A DNA stretch of 64,000 nucleotides from Chrysomallon squamiferum (GCA_012295275.1 CM022679.1:2666001-2730000), one strand, 5' to 3'. Shown: positions 15,601 through 29,221, counted from the first letter of the stretch. A program made the numbers and translations. Notes: generated by a model not told the origin, from the sequence alone.

Positions 15601-15838
15601 CTGCTGGTTTTACAATCTCATAATACATAGTATATTATCCCTAATAGTAAACAATGAATTTCTTAAATATTACAAATTATTTTTACTGTTATTGTTAGTT
15701 TTATTGTTGTAACTGTTGATGTTATTGTTATATAATAAATATTTTCTTCAGAATTCTTTGCTGAACTACCAAAAATGTACATAAATGTTCAATTCTACTG
15801 AATTTTATTTGATTGATTATTTTGATTTATTTTGTTTA

Positions 15839-15880
<42 letters not shown>

Positions 15881-17962
15881 ATTATTTATTACTATTATTA
15901 TTTATTACTATATATATATATATTTATTTATTTTTATTCCAGGCAGGGCTCTTACCTTACATTATTGTTTCTAAAATGGATATGTTTGGCCAGTCATCTA
16001 GAGCAGAAATACTTCACTATGTATTTACACTCATAGATCCACCCTACATTATAGCTGGAGGCATATACTACATAGACAGGGTAAGATCCACTTTACATTA
16101 TATCTGGTGGCATATAATTCATAGACAGGTTAAGATCCACTTTACATTATATTTTGTGGCATATTATTTAGACAGGGTAAGGTCCACTTTACATTATATA
16201 TGGTGGCATATACTACATTGACAAGGGTAAGAAATACTTCACTATGTATTTACAGTCATTCATCCACCCTACATTACATCTGATGGCATATACTAAATAT
16301 ACAGGTTAAAAAATACTTCACTATTTCAATATTTCCAGGCAGACACTGTATTTACCATATGCGATTGTTTGTAATCAAAGTTGCAAATTAGATTTATGAT
16401 AGAATTAATATTTCTGAAGTTTAAAAAAGTTTCAGGTTTTTTTTTAGATTACTTATTTTTGTATATGAATGTTTTAATTATGTTGTTATTACTGAAGTTG
16501 TTGTAAAACCATGCAGGTGTCACGGATAGCAGGTGGCTTGAAAGAGAGAATGTCAGTAGACCGGTACTTCAAGTGGACAAACAACATCCTCATCACCATT
16601 CTTGTGGTGAGAAACTGTTTTCTGATTTAGTATTATTATTTGTTTAACATCATTGACTTCAGTTAAAAGAAAAATTCTTTCTTGGACTGCTGTAGCAAGA
16701 CTTTTTAGTGAGACAGTGAGAACTGGGACCAAGGTAGAATTAGAATTTTCTTTTAGATGATTGTTAATTTGTTTCTAGTGAAAAGTAAAACCGAAACAAA
16801 CTGACAACTGTTGCATTGCCTGAATCTACTGATTATTAGCACATTGAAAAGTATACAAATTCATTCACAATAAGACTTTCAGTAACACTATGTTTTGACA
16901 AAAACTGAAAAAGCATCAACAATTAAAGAAAAACAAAATTATTTGAAAAACATATTTGTTGTTTGAAGTCCATATTTATTTTTATCATGAATAAAATCTG
17001 GAAATTTGAAAATCAAAATAAACTTTTAATATTTTTTAGCCTATAGTGCATATTGGAGTTCTGTACTTCATCCTTAAAATCGTAGATGCACACAAAAGTG
17101 GGGTTAACATCAGTGAAATTCTGAAATGTGGTGATAAAAATGTCAAGAAAATTCCTGAAGAAAATACTGATGTTGTGGAGGATGAAGATGATGATGTCAC
17201 TGAAGAAAGACGTAGAGTTTTTCATCTCGAACATACAGGAAACCAGGCAAGGATTAAACTAAAGACTTAAATCTGTAATATCCTATATTAAGTTTCTTAA
17301 AAATTAAATTTTAAATGACAGATCTAAGACTAATATCCTTTATTAGTTTTCATAAAAATATTTTTTTTTATTTACAGATCTAAGACTTTAATATCCTTTA
17401 TTAGATTTATTAAATTTTTTAACAGCAATGCTAAGTGTAGAACTGAATAATTAAGCGAAACAGTTTCTTTTATAAATCATATCAAGGATTGGTTTCAGTT
17501 ATATTTTATCAGAAATTTACTTTGGTTTATTTTTAATTTTTCTTTTCTTCTATTTGTTTTCTTTTTCTTTCTTCTTCTTGTTCTTTTCTTTTTATTATTT
17601 TTTTTTTTTATTTTTTAAAAATATGTTTATATATTTATTTAATTAATTATCTTTTTAATTAATAAATTATTTATTTATTTTATTTATTTTATTTATTTTA
17701 TTAATTAAGGGAACTCCTGTGTGTTATGTACAAAATCTGAGAAAAGAATTCAAATGCAGAGAGAAAGCTGAGGATAAAGTGAAAGTTGTTGTTAGGAATG
17801 CAACATTTGCAGTGGATGCTGGGGAGGTTCTTGGTTTATTGGGTCCAAATGGTGCTGGAAAAACAACAACCTTGAACATGATCATAGCTGAAACTGCAGC
17901 AACAAGAGGAAAGGTTAGTGGGTAGCCTACTTGTTTATATTTCTAGAATTGTATGTGAGTGA

Positions 17963-18006
<44 letters not shown>

Positions 18007-21000
18007 TGATATTTATTGACACACATACACATTTATTCACTGTACATACTTCACACTTACTTCAGATCATTGTTGCTGGTCACAGTGTCCATTCCAGTTT
18101 ATCAGAAGCATTTCAGTCACTTGGTTACTGTCCTCAGCATGATGCATTGTGGGATGACATCACACTAAAAGAACATTTGGAGTGCTATGCAGCCATAAAA
18201 GGTGTCGCAAAGCAGGACATAAAATCTGTCATTAATTAGTAGGTGTTCCTTTTTTTTCTTTTCTCTTTTATTATTATTATTATTAATATTATTATTATTT
18301 TTATTAATTTGTTGTTTTTTTTTGTTGTGGATCCATCATACAGTTTTCACTGGTATGGTATACAATTTAATGCTAATTTGTTGTGAATTTTTAATTTTAT
18401 TTTTTAGTTATATACAGAGTTTAAAACTAAATGAACATGTAAACAAAGGTGCAAAAACATTATCTGGTGGAACAAAACGAAAGGTAACTTTTATTTTCAA
18501 ATGTAAAGGATATTTCTACTGCTTTGAGAAAAACAAAAAATTGAAACAAAATAAATCTCTTCAAACTTAGGCAAATATATATTTTATGTATTTCATACAT
18601 TGATAAAAAAAATTCATATACATTTATATATTTTGTTTAATAATACAAACTAGATTTTTTTTTTACTTCATTTATTCATTTAAATATCCTTTTGAGTAAC
18701 AATTTTATATCTTTCTAATAAGTATCTTATTTAATATATTAAAACTCCAGTTATTAGAGTTTTTCACTGTTCCTTAAAATAAATATGTTTAATGTTTTCT
18801 TTCTGATAGGATAGATAAATACATTACAAGCAAATAAATAAAATGATTAAATATAAATATTAATGTTTTCAGCTGAGCTATGCAGCCAGCATGCTTGGGA
18901 CTTCACAGATTGTTTTGCTTGATGAGCCATCTACAGGAATGGATCCAGAGTCGAAAAGATTTCTTTGGTTAGTCTTTATACCTTGAAAAATTAATATAAT
19001 ATTCCTTAGATGTCATTAAAAAAAAAATTAAATACCTTAAATGTAAGATTCTTTTGGTTTTGTGCATACATTTCTCAAAATAAAAATAAAAATATTCCAT
19101 ACATATATAGACATTTTGAAAATAATACAAAGATGAAATTACTCTGATGCATTTAATTAGCGTAAAAAGTAACGACAATACATTTCTTTCATATTTTGAA
19201 ATATATGAAATAAATAGGATCTATATTTAATGTGTTGAAGAACAATACCCAAAGATTTTCTAAGAAATGAAAAAACAAATAAAAAGTTTTTATATTTGTA
19301 TTATAAAATGATAGTTAATTAATGGCAGACACACTTCAGTTTTCAAAATCGAATAAAATGAATTTTGTTTGACTGGCAAAAGGATTTCATTTTCAGATAC
19401 AAAACATGTAAAAATAGAAGAAAATAATATTAGTTGATGTTTTGTTTAGAAGTTATTTATTTAAAATTATTTATTACATATATAAATTTATAATTATAGT
19501 TTATTGATATTTAATTATTATTTGTATTTGTCATTTGATACATTTATTGGTGATTAAAGGGACACAATCAGCTCAGCATTCCAGTCTACAGGAAGGGGGG
19601 CCATTTTGACAACCCACAACATGGAAGAAGCAGACGCACTATGTTCTAGAGTAGCCATCATGGTCAATGGTCAAATAAAGTAAGTTTTGTGACATCTTCC
19701 ATACACTGAAACAGACTATAATTTAATAACACTGACTTGTTATCAAATATCACATAAAAACAGATGTTTTCAATAAGCATGTCTCTCAAAAACATTATTT
19801 ATATACATATAGTGTGAAATGACTCTAGCAGACTTCAGAAACCTCCATTTGTATTAAAATTTTAACATTTATTGGCAAATATGCTCTTCTCCATTGAAAT
19901 AAACCACACTGAGGCTTATAACTAGTCTCCATTTTTTGTTCTTATATGTCTCAGATATTTATGTCTAACATTTTTATAATCCTGATTACAGTCAAAATAC
20001 ATGAAGGAATAATGACCTTTCTTTTTTCTTCTTTTTGTTCTTCATGAACTTGTTATTTTTGGTTCATACTTTATTATTAGCAAAGGTTTTTGTAAAGTGG
20101 TCACTACAAAATATTGAAATAAAATGTATTTTAGGTATTTCTACTTTTAATAACATTAATAATAAAAAAAAAATTTAAAATGAATTTTCAGATGTCTTGG
20201 TCCAACTCAGCATCTGAAGGACAAGTTTGGCAGTGGTTACTTGCTAGAGATTAAACTAGAGAATAAAGGTCATGACCTCGAGGAAGAACAGGATAAGCTT
20301 GAGGCTCACTTGACCCAGTTGTTTCCTCAGATTCAGTGTCTGGATAGGTTTGCTGAACGTTCACAGTACAGGATATCAAAGAATGATGTGAAGTTGCTCT
20401 CAAAGATATTCTCCTCTTTGGAAGACTGTGAGTGTATCACATTTATTATTCATTTTATAATATATACACTTCAGGTTCCTTCTCCAGTCTTTGTGACACC
20501 TCTGTTATTAAGGTATATAAATAAACAATTATATAAAAGATTTACTTCAGCAGAGACATATTGTCCAAGGATTCCTCCTTTCTTTTTGCAAAGGTGTACA
20601 ATTGATATATTGGTTCCTCTCTTGATAGGCTTTCTAAATAAACAACATTTTTCTCTACCAGTTCATTACTTATTAATATACAGACAATGGTAATCCAAAA
20701 CAAATTAACAAAGGCTACCTGGTTTGTACAATGCTAACAATACTTAAATTGTATACCAAGTAGATGTTTAAATTATATACTTTAACTGAGAATGTTTTAT
20801 GTGTTGTTTTTTTCAGTAAAGAATTCACATAGTGTAGAGGAATACAGTTTCAGTCAGTCAACACTTGAACAGGTAAAATAAATGTGTACATAGTTTAGTA
20901 AGCAAACTCAGTCTACACTTGAACAGGTAAATATCTATGTACATAGTTTAGTAAGCAAACTCAGTCTACACTTGAACAGGTAAATATCTATGTACATAGT

Positions 21001-21489
21001 TTAGTAAGCAAACTCAGTCTACACTTGAACAGGTAAATATCTATGTACATAGTTTAGTAAGCAAACTCAGTCTACACTTGAACAGGTAAATATCTATGTA
21101 CATAGTTTAGTAAGAAAACTCAGTCTACAACTTGAACAGGTAAAAACTAATTGTCTATGTACATAGTTTAGTAAGCAAACTCAGTCTACACTTGAACAGG
21201 TAAATATCTATGTACAGTTTAGTAAAAACTATCTATGTACATATGTACATAGTTTTAGTAAAGCAAACTCAGTCTACAACAGGTAAATATCAGTCTAGAC
21301 TTAAACAGGTAAATATCTATGTACATAGTTTAGTAAGATTAATAATTAATAATAAAATGATTTCTCTTTCAGGTATTTTTGGAATTTTCCAAAAAGCAGC
21401 ATGAAGGAGAAATGGATGAAGCTGACATGAAAAACATGAGCAAAACATCACTGTCAAAAAACAGGCCAGAAACAGAATCAGTCATTTAG
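1804..21489 (+). CDS. ABCA5: ABC transporter subfamily A full transporter (TMD1-NBD1-TMD2-NBD2), ABCA5-like, 31 coding exons, about 1672 aa
   Basis: Exons chained by hand with consistent phases: 1804-1890, 2285-2675, 3047-3162, 3984-4204, 4413-4770, 5095-5242, 5828-5993, 6418-6476, 6870-7003, 7405-7557, 8702-8821, 9426-9564, 9842-9932, 10782-10921, 11151-11267, 11939-12331, 12743-12873, 13283-13540, 14124-14255, 14854-15006, 15943-16080, 16517-16606, 17040-17246, 17710-17913, 18066-18238, 18408-18483, 18873-18967, 19560-19679, 20192-20427, 20817-20872, 21373-21489 (sum 5019 nt, divisible by 3, ends TAG). ABCA N-terminus [15 protein letters not shown]; [18 protein letters not shown]1: Walker [10 protein letters not shown], signature LSGGQKRKL, Walker B ILFLDEP, H-loop [14 protein letters not shown]2: [39 protein letters not shown] motifs [13 protein letters not shown] and [13 protein letters not shown]. 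Short ectodomains and [14 protein letters not shown] fit the ABCA5/6-like clade. Family is near-certain; the ortholog symbol is less so. Confidence 0.9.
4256..4372. repeat. (TAG/TAT)n trinucleotide microsatellite in an ABCA intron
   Basis: Run of agt/tag repeats flanked by att repeats. Confidence 0.9.
6509..6580. repeat. (CA)n microsatellite
   Basis: About 36 perfect CA units; source of the HTHT/CVCV ORFs in the track. Confidence 0.97.
7635..7980. repeat. Intronic minisatellite, about 37-41 bp unit, about 9 copies
   Basis: Unit approximately TAGATATTGTTCAGTTGTCATACTA(A/T)CAGATATATTG, starting about 80 bp after the donor at 7558. Confidence 0.92.
12629..12686. repeat. (CT)n microsatellite
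   Basis: Near-perfect CT run. Confidence 0.95.
14223..14369 (+). repeat. 41-bp tandem repeat spanning an exon end and splice donor, about 3.5 copies
   Basis: Unit ATAATTTGTGTTATAATTGTCATCTCTGTAAAC|GTTAGTAT; the first copy is the real exon end (14255) and donor. Confidence 0.9.
14688..14872 (+). repeat. 46-bp tandem repeat spanning a splice acceptor and exon start, 4 copies
   Basis: Unit GTTAAACTT(T/G)TATTCTCTTTGATTTCAG|ATCTCAGTGTTCTCTTCA; only the last copy continues in frame ([10 protein letters not shown]). Confidence 0.92.
16034..16325 (+). repeat. Degenerate about 49-bp repeats of an exon 3' end plus donor
   Basis: GATCCAC...TACATTATA..TGGTGGCATAT...ATAGACAGG|GTAAG recurs 4-5 times after the real donor at 16081. 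Confidence 0.8.
20853..21338 (+). repeat. 53-bp tandem repeat carrying a splice donor, about 8 copies
   Basis: Unit CAGTCTACACTTGAACAG|GTAAATATCTATGTACATAGTTTAGTAAGCAAACT derives from the exon end QSTLEQ and donor at 20873; it fills most of the last ABCA intron. Confidence 0.93.
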
Positions 21490-23561
21490 TGATTGCTATC
21501 CTGTTCACTTGTCTAGAATGTTCTTCAGTGTTTTGAAAACTTGAACAGAAAAGTACTCTGAAGTGCAGGAGATATCAGAAGGGGGGATTGCTTTCAAAAA
21601 CAGTTTTATAAAGAAAAAAATAGAATAATTTAGTCAAAATTCTTTTTCTGAATGTTCAAATATCACTGGGTGGGTTCTTGTTTATATTGTTTGATTTTTT
21701 AACTGGATGACTGAGTTTCAGCTTTCACAGAAAAAAAAAAAAAAAAATAAAAAAAAAAAAAACTCTTGATTTCCATATATCATAACATCTAAAATGAAAA
21801 CACTTCAAACTGGATCTAACAGTGTTCTTTAGCTGGGATTTTTTCTCACAAAACATTCATACTCCGGATTTTCAGTATAATCCTAATTAATATCATCACT
21901 TTATCCCTGCCATATACATGCATGCATACGTACGTAAATACTTTAGAATTATCTTTTAATAATGATTATAATTTTAAAAAAGAAACTTTTTAAAGAATTT
22001 ATTTAAAAAAAAAAAAGATACCAAAAAGAGCCCCCCTCCCAGTTTTTCTGTTTGCGAAATATGAAAGGTTGACTGATTCAAAAACCATAGATTTATTTTA
22101 AATCGTGATTTCGGTAAAAAAAAAAAAAAAAAAAAAAAAAAATTGTCGATCAAACAGTTCCAGAATTATGAATTTTTAATTTGTAATTTTTGGGTCCCGT
22201 TTGCGCACAACTACCATTTTGAAGAAATCTCGATTTTTAAGGGCCCATTCTGAAGTGAGATTTTCTCTAAGCTTATTTCATAACATGTCATACTATGTAT
22301 GGTATATAACCAGTTTATATATTTTTTTTATTGTTTTATAATTTTTTTTTTTTTTTTTTTCTCCTGCAGATTATATTTATATTGATATGTGAATCCAAAG
22401 TTGTTAAAATCATCCGTTTGCGTTTTGTCTTTCACATGGTCAAAAATAAAATCTTTGAAAATTCGTAACTTCACTTATGTTAGAAATATAATTTTTGTGC
22501 GAAATTAATCGTATTGAAAAGACCTAAATGATGAGATACATTTGAAAGGAATGTTAATTTTTTTTTTTTTTTTTTAGGGGATCAACTTGTTTGGTGTTGT
22601 TTTTGTTTGTTTGCTTTTTCTTTTTTAAACAATATTAAAGCTAGTAAAGGCTAAATACTACTAAAGATGGCTTGTTGAATGGATTTTCCTCATGAGAACG
22701 TGGTTCAGTGGACTGAAAAATGAGAGTATATTAAAACGCGGACGAGACGGATAATCAACTACAATGTTACAGTACTTGGAAAAATTGCGTACAGTGTTTG
22801 GTGATGTAAATGCAAATGGAACAGAAAGTGAATTTCATTTCCATACGATTTCAGAAGCTAACTTTTGACAGCCTGTTTGAATGTGGGAGTGGACTTTATG
22901 AAGTAAATTTCAAACCAAAGAGGAGACAGAAAAAGGAAATTTGGATTGACTGAGTTGCTTAGTTACTTTGGTATTTTCTTTTTATTTTAAGTATGTTTCA
23001 AAACAGGTTGTGAACATAACAAACTTAATTTTCCCCACTATACTTAAACAGATTTATTCCATCATCATTTTTCAGTATTATCCAAACAACGGTCATGTCC
23101 ACAGAATAAAAAGATAAATACAACAGAATAAATAATCACAAATCTTTTAATGAGAAAGCCATTTTTTTATCACAACAGTTGAGAAACTTAAGTCACATGA
23201 CCGTGAATTCTTGGGATATCAGAAATAAATAAACCAGTTTTGTGGTGAAGACCTTCTACAGACGGTTTGTAACTAACATTCTGCCGAGAAGTCGTGTGCC
23301 TAAATAACTTTGACGTTTTTTGTTTTTGTTTTTGTTTTTGTTTTTGAGCAATGTAGAGAATATTTTACTAGATTCATTTTAACTAATATTTTTATTATTT
23401 ATATACATATTCAGTGAATAAATTGTATCAGGATCTAGTGTTTTATAATTATTCGCCCCTAATAAGTATTTTTAGATACTGGTTTATACCAGGTTCATGG
23501 TTAAGGAAGTGTAATTCTTGTGAACATTCATAATTTAATTTAATTAGTGTATTTAAAAAAA

Positions 23562-23597
<36 letters not shown>

Positions 23598-23743
23598 TTA
23601 AAGAAGAAAATATGGATAATTTTAATCAGGATCCTGTTGATTCGGTAATATTATATATTCAGTTTTTAACTAAACTGATGCCTGATAATGTATTAATTTC
23701 GAGAAACCGGGATGGGGGTTCGTTATACCCTCCATATGCCAAA

Positions 23744-23793
<50 letters not shown>

Positions 23794-24413
23794 GCTGTTG
23801 TTGTGTTTTTAACTTTAGTTTTATATTTTAATTGCTGCACGAGGGTTTCTCGTCTTGTTTTGTATTTTGACGGTTTTCTTCATGTTCTAAAATTTTCTTT
23901 TCATGTAAATTCAAAACATCGTTTAATAATATTTCTTATCCAGATTTAATAACAAAAAATCTGCTTTCATAAATAATGTATTCATGAGTGAACAGCTTAA
24001 CGATGTGTCATTAACACATACATATACACAGAACTGAGAATCGATAATTAAATGAACGAAACCTGTAACCCATGGAGATTTAGTTTCGAGTTTAGATAAT
24101 TTACTGTTTGTACTAAAGATACTCATATGATTCATACTGACAATAAAAATAACTTGAAATGAGTACAGTGTTTACAAAATTTCCTTTTTCATGTGATTTA
24201 AAAAAATAATAATAATAATTTGTTTGTAATTTTCAGTCAAAATGCACGAATGATGCAGTATAAGCAAACTGTGTCATGCTGCTAAATATTTCTTTGGTGC
24301 AGTTGCCTCCCTTCACTCATTCTAGTAATTATTAATGACACTGAAAAGTTTAAGAAACAATGCAGTAAGAAGAACTATTAATTTTTACTATTATTTATAT
24401 ATTTTGTTCTATT

Positions 24414-24444
<31 letters not shown>

Positions 24445-24530
24445 TAGTTTAAGGTTATGTTATATTAGATATAAAAAAAAAAATATTTTTGTAATGCATA
24501 CAAAAATAGATAGCTCCTAAAAAATAATCC

Positions 24531-24561
<31 letters not shown>

Positions 24562-24577
24562 TATGTACATACATGCA

Positions 24578-24639
<62 letters not shown>
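24531..24639. repeat. (AT)n microsatellite, interrupted
   Basis: Two AT runs separated by a short spacer. Confidence 0.93.
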
Positions 24640-24642
<3 letters not shown>

Positions 24643-26471
24643 TACTAAAAGGTAACCCACATATGTACAGGAATCCATATACAATTTTACAGAAACGCCA
24701 TATAAAGAGATCGGAATTTACATTTGTGAAATTTAAATACCAAATTTGATAAAAGTAATCTGAATGCCAGTTTTGAAAATTAATTTCCGATCAAAAACCT
24801 GAATGCTGTAATACCTCTAATACTTTTTTGATAATCGCGCAAAAAACTGAAAAATAAAATAAAATTAGTTTTAATGTACTCACTGTATTTCAAAAAAAAA
24901 CACCCACAAAAAACGAACGAGATAAATTCACAGTTCCGAGTAAAAAAGAATTCAAAGTAATTCAAATCTTGTCACCCACCTAGTTATATATCAGTCACGT
25001 CATTGCTTTGTTGACGTCGTTTTTATACCGAGACATCAGACGTCACTGAAATCACCAACGACTGCTACAACGTTAACATATCTGTGTTTTCTATTTATTG
25101 AATTACTCAAACTAAAGCTACAACTCGTGTTTTTTATTTCACATTTCAATCTAAATATTTTCCTTCATTGCGTGACTCTAATTTGATGTAAAGTGCTATT
25201 TTATTTCTTATAAAAGGCGTTTAAAATTATAATTTGGAGAGCTAGATATAGCTTATTATGCACGTAAAGGCCCGCATGAAATAAAAAATTGATTACATTT
25301 TGATCGTAAATGATTTTACACTAGCAATTGATATAAAATGATATATGTTAGACATTTTTTAATATTGGCAACGTTGAATTTAACCAGAAAATTATTTTAT
25401 GCATCTAGTAACACATTCTGTTTCGGGCAAAGAATGTATTAATTTCTCGATGTAAATTCAATTTGAGCATATAATTTATATTTATTACACAAAGGCTTAT
25501 AAGTTAAAGAAATGAGATTAAACTGAATAAGCTGTAAATATAGTAATCCAATTTTCAGTTCAATTTCAGTAAACTAACGTACAATGCATTATTCATTATT
25601 ATTAGCTCCAGTAAACAAACAAATGTAGTTTGGTTTTAAAAATGATTTTCTGTTACAAACCTGAGAAAAGTAAACATGTCCACAATAAATAAAGACAAAA
25701 TATCCGCCAGGCACTAAAGCTGTATGTGAACGATGTCGTCATTCCTAAAACGGTCTCTCTATATATTTTACTAAATTACTGTTTGTTGTCATAAAAGATA
25801 CATTAATTTCATTTTACACATAGTACTAGAAGCAGTAGTAATTGTATTGTATGGATCAATCTGAAAACTGCGCATACCTTTCTCTAAGTACGTGAGAATT
25901 AACCGATACCACTCAGCACACTCTGACAGGTGCCCGAAAGTTTGTTCGACTATATATAAAACAAAAAAACTAAATCATAACATTTTCAAAAATGAAAGTA
26001 AAATTACTATGAGTTAGTTCGAATGATTCTTTATTTTTATACACCTTTATTTATTTAGTTAGTTTTATTTTTATTTGTACTTTTTAAAATGGAACTACCA
26101 GTAATGTAGTAATTATACCGTATAATTATAAGCCATTTACGGACAAATCAACTTTGGTTTCATTTGTGAGATAGATTATAATGGATTTAACCAAAGCTTT
26201 ATAAATGAAAAGTAGTCATCTACGAGATGTCATTGAGGATGCTGAACCAGAAGACCGGTCAGATGAATACTACTTGGAATACAAAACTATCTAAATAATA
26301 ATAATAATATAAATGGCGTCATCGTGTTAAATTGCGACACTGCACGCGTTTGGTTTGCGGCCATATCCAGCATCTCAGTTATTCTGGTGCTGCAGTTTTC
26401 ACCCTTGAAATTAAAAAAAAGAATATTTTTAAATAACAAAACAGTATAAGACAGTGATAGTGACAGAAAGT

Positions 26472-27013
26472 TTACTGAAAAGGAAAATATACAACATGTT
26501 CTTGTCTTTTTATTTTGAATACATCATTGGGTACGAGGGGAACTTTTCTGGGAGAGTGGTATAAACGGGAGACAACTATATTAACAATTGATTGATCATA
26601 GCGATGACATTTCCCCTGCCAGTGAAGATTTACGTCACACACGTATCTTTCCTTTGCGCCTTGTGGACTAAGACATTCCAGTTCTAAACTGCAGCCCAAC
26701 CAGGGCCTCATTATTAACTGCTGTATGAAGAGGGATCTTGTGATCAGAATAAAGCCAGCCTGCCGATCAGGAACTCCTTCAAACGTACATGGAATCTCCC
26801 CAAGATATTCAAATGTCCGTATGTCCGTGTGTTCAACTAAAGTGAAGCGTGGATCATCTTCTCTGATGTACAGAAAACCTGTATTCTTTGCGTGTCGAAA
26901 AACAGACGACAGTTTGTAAGGGGAAGTAATCCGAATTGACGTATCCATGTACATCACAAATCCATAATCATTTAATGCGAGCTGTAAACATTTAAAGTTT
27001 AGGATATTATAAT

Positions 27014-27044
<31 letters not shown>

Positions 27045-28813
27045 TTAAAGTTAATACTCAGCAAAAATAAGTTAATATAATTTATAACAGGCTGAGATGG
27101 TTATTATAATATACTGAGTTGTCTATATTTTCGCTTTTATTTGAATAACACGAATGTTTTGCATGATTAGAAAAGTCAATAACTTACTTGGATTACAATC
27201 GCTTTCCAACCATAAAGTTTCAAGTGTCGAATATGATGCGGAAAGCTTTCAAATGGAAAATCTTTTATTTCACATTTGCAGTATTTTACCATCTGAAGGG
27301 AAAAGCTTAACGTTTACAATAAATAAATAAATGAAAGAACAAATTAGAGGATTTGTGATTTTCATTAGCAACTTCAGAAAATAAAACTTTCTTTCGTTCG
27401 TTCGTTCTTTCTTGCATTTTTTTTTTTACTTTCTTTGTTCGTTTCTTTTTTCTTTCTTTCTTTTCCTATATTTTCTTTTATATTTATTTATTTATTTATT
27501 TGAAATGTCTGTAATATTCCATATGCAAACCTATCATTAAATTCTATTCCTTTAAAAATGGAATACAATATACTTTGTTCTTTATTTATTATGGATATAT
27601 GAATGAATGAATGAACAACAACAACAACAACAACAATAACAATAACAATAATAATAATAATAATAATAATAATAAAGGACTACGTCAGAAAACATGTCTA
27701 AAACATTAAAAAAATATATTTTTACCAAATCCCTTTGCTGAGTGGTTAGTCCCAAGTCATAAAAAACAATCTGTAAATGAGGATAGACTGAACGTATTTC
27801 GTGAAGGTTTTTGATCAATCCTTGAAGTGTGAAAAAATAGTCTGCAGAACAAGCAGCAACAACTACAGGCAGAGTTTGGTTGTAATTTGTCGTATCGTAA
27901 ATACTGTCTTCTGCCAGAATTCCCAGATCTTTCAAATACGACTTTGAGAAAGGTGGTACAGGTATTTCCATTATTTGCTTAATGTCGTCCTCCAGTCTAG
28001 AACCAAAATCCCTGGGACAACTTTTGTTTGATGCTGGTAACGCTGAAAATGAAAAAGAAAAGAAAAACCCTCATAAAAATGCACGTGCGCAAACGAGAGG
28101 TTATTATAAAATAAAGCTGTAAATTATCACAACAAAAGTAAATTATCACAACACAGAGTAAATTATCACAACACAAACTGTAAATAGTCAGAATACAAAC
28201 TGTAAATTATCACAACACAAACTGTAAATTATCACAACACAAACTGTAAATAATCAGAATACAAACTGTAAATAATCAGAATACAAACTGTAAATAATCA
28301 GAATACAAACTGTAAATTATCACAACACAAACTGTAAATAATCAGAATACAAACTGTAAATTATCACAACACAAACTGTAAATAATCAGAATACAAACTG
28401 TAAATTATCACAACACAAACTGTAAATAATCAGAATACAAACTGTAAATTATCACAACACAAACTGTAAATAATCAGAATACAAACTGTAAATTATCCCT
28501 TTACTAACAGTAAATAATCACAGTATAAAGTACAAATTATCACAAACAAAATGTAAATTATCACAGTATAAACGTAATTATCATAACACTGTAAATTGTC
28601 AAATGATATATTTTAAATTATCACAAGACAAACCTTCATTGTTTCTCTGAGATATCTGTTGTAGGTTTGTAATATCTGGTTTGTTTTCCTGCAAATATTA
28701 AATTAAGCAGTTAAATCAGAAATAACTTTGTGATCTGTAAACAACGAAGTGGATGCAGTAAGAATATTTACATAACATTTGGGGACTTCGCACATAAATA
28801 CACGCTATTTCAA

Positions 28814-28860
<47 letters not shown>

Positions 28861-29221
28861 AATACATACGTACATACATTAACACACAATCATACACATA
28901 CATATACATATACAAGCATAAATGCACATACACACAGATTCAAAAATAAATCAGAAAAATGAAATATATTCAACCTCATAATTTAATGTGCATCTGTGCA
29001 TATACAATAAAATGTATAAAACAGCAAATAAAATACGGAAAACAAATCAGCTACAAAACAGTAATAGAAAAAATGATATATTAACTGATTCAACATAAAA
29101 AAAAAAAATTATACACAAAAATACTAGAAGGGTTGGTTGTACATGCTATAATTAATGTGAACAAATTTACCGTATTCCTGTGAGTAACTAACAACAAAGT
29201 AATCACTGCACAAACAAACAT
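26472..29221 (-). CDS. DUF1647-like protein (putative nucleotide-sugar transferase fold, probably secretory pathway), about 345 aa, at least 5 coding exons; start uncertain
   Basis: Minus-strand exons 29221-29171 (MFVCAVITLLLVTHRNT; this exon extends to the acceptor at 29258), 28688-28634, 28042-27726, 27292-27188 (MVKYCKCEIKDFPFESFPHHIRHLKLYGWKAIVIQ, missed by the ORF track), 26981-26472 (TAA). All introns GT-AG with consistent phases. Motifs VVAACSADYF, IVFYDLGL, FPFESFPHHI...YGWKAIVIQ, MYMDTSIR, RPWLGCSL...CLSP.G and CHRYDQS match my recollection of invertebrate DUF1647 proteins. Confidence 0.75.
28115..28633. repeat. 22-bp minisatellite with two alternating variants
   Basis: AAACTGTAAATTATCACAACAC and AAACTGTAAATAATCAGAATAC interleaved, about 23 units including degenerate edges; abuts the minus-strand donor at 28633. 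Confidence 0.93.

Noticed and set aside
22030-23320. Possible transposon or transposase relic downstream of the ABCA gene (GTTTGCG repeats, a KLKSHD-like peptide)
   Set aside because: No TIR or TSD and no sustained reading frame could be delimited by eye.
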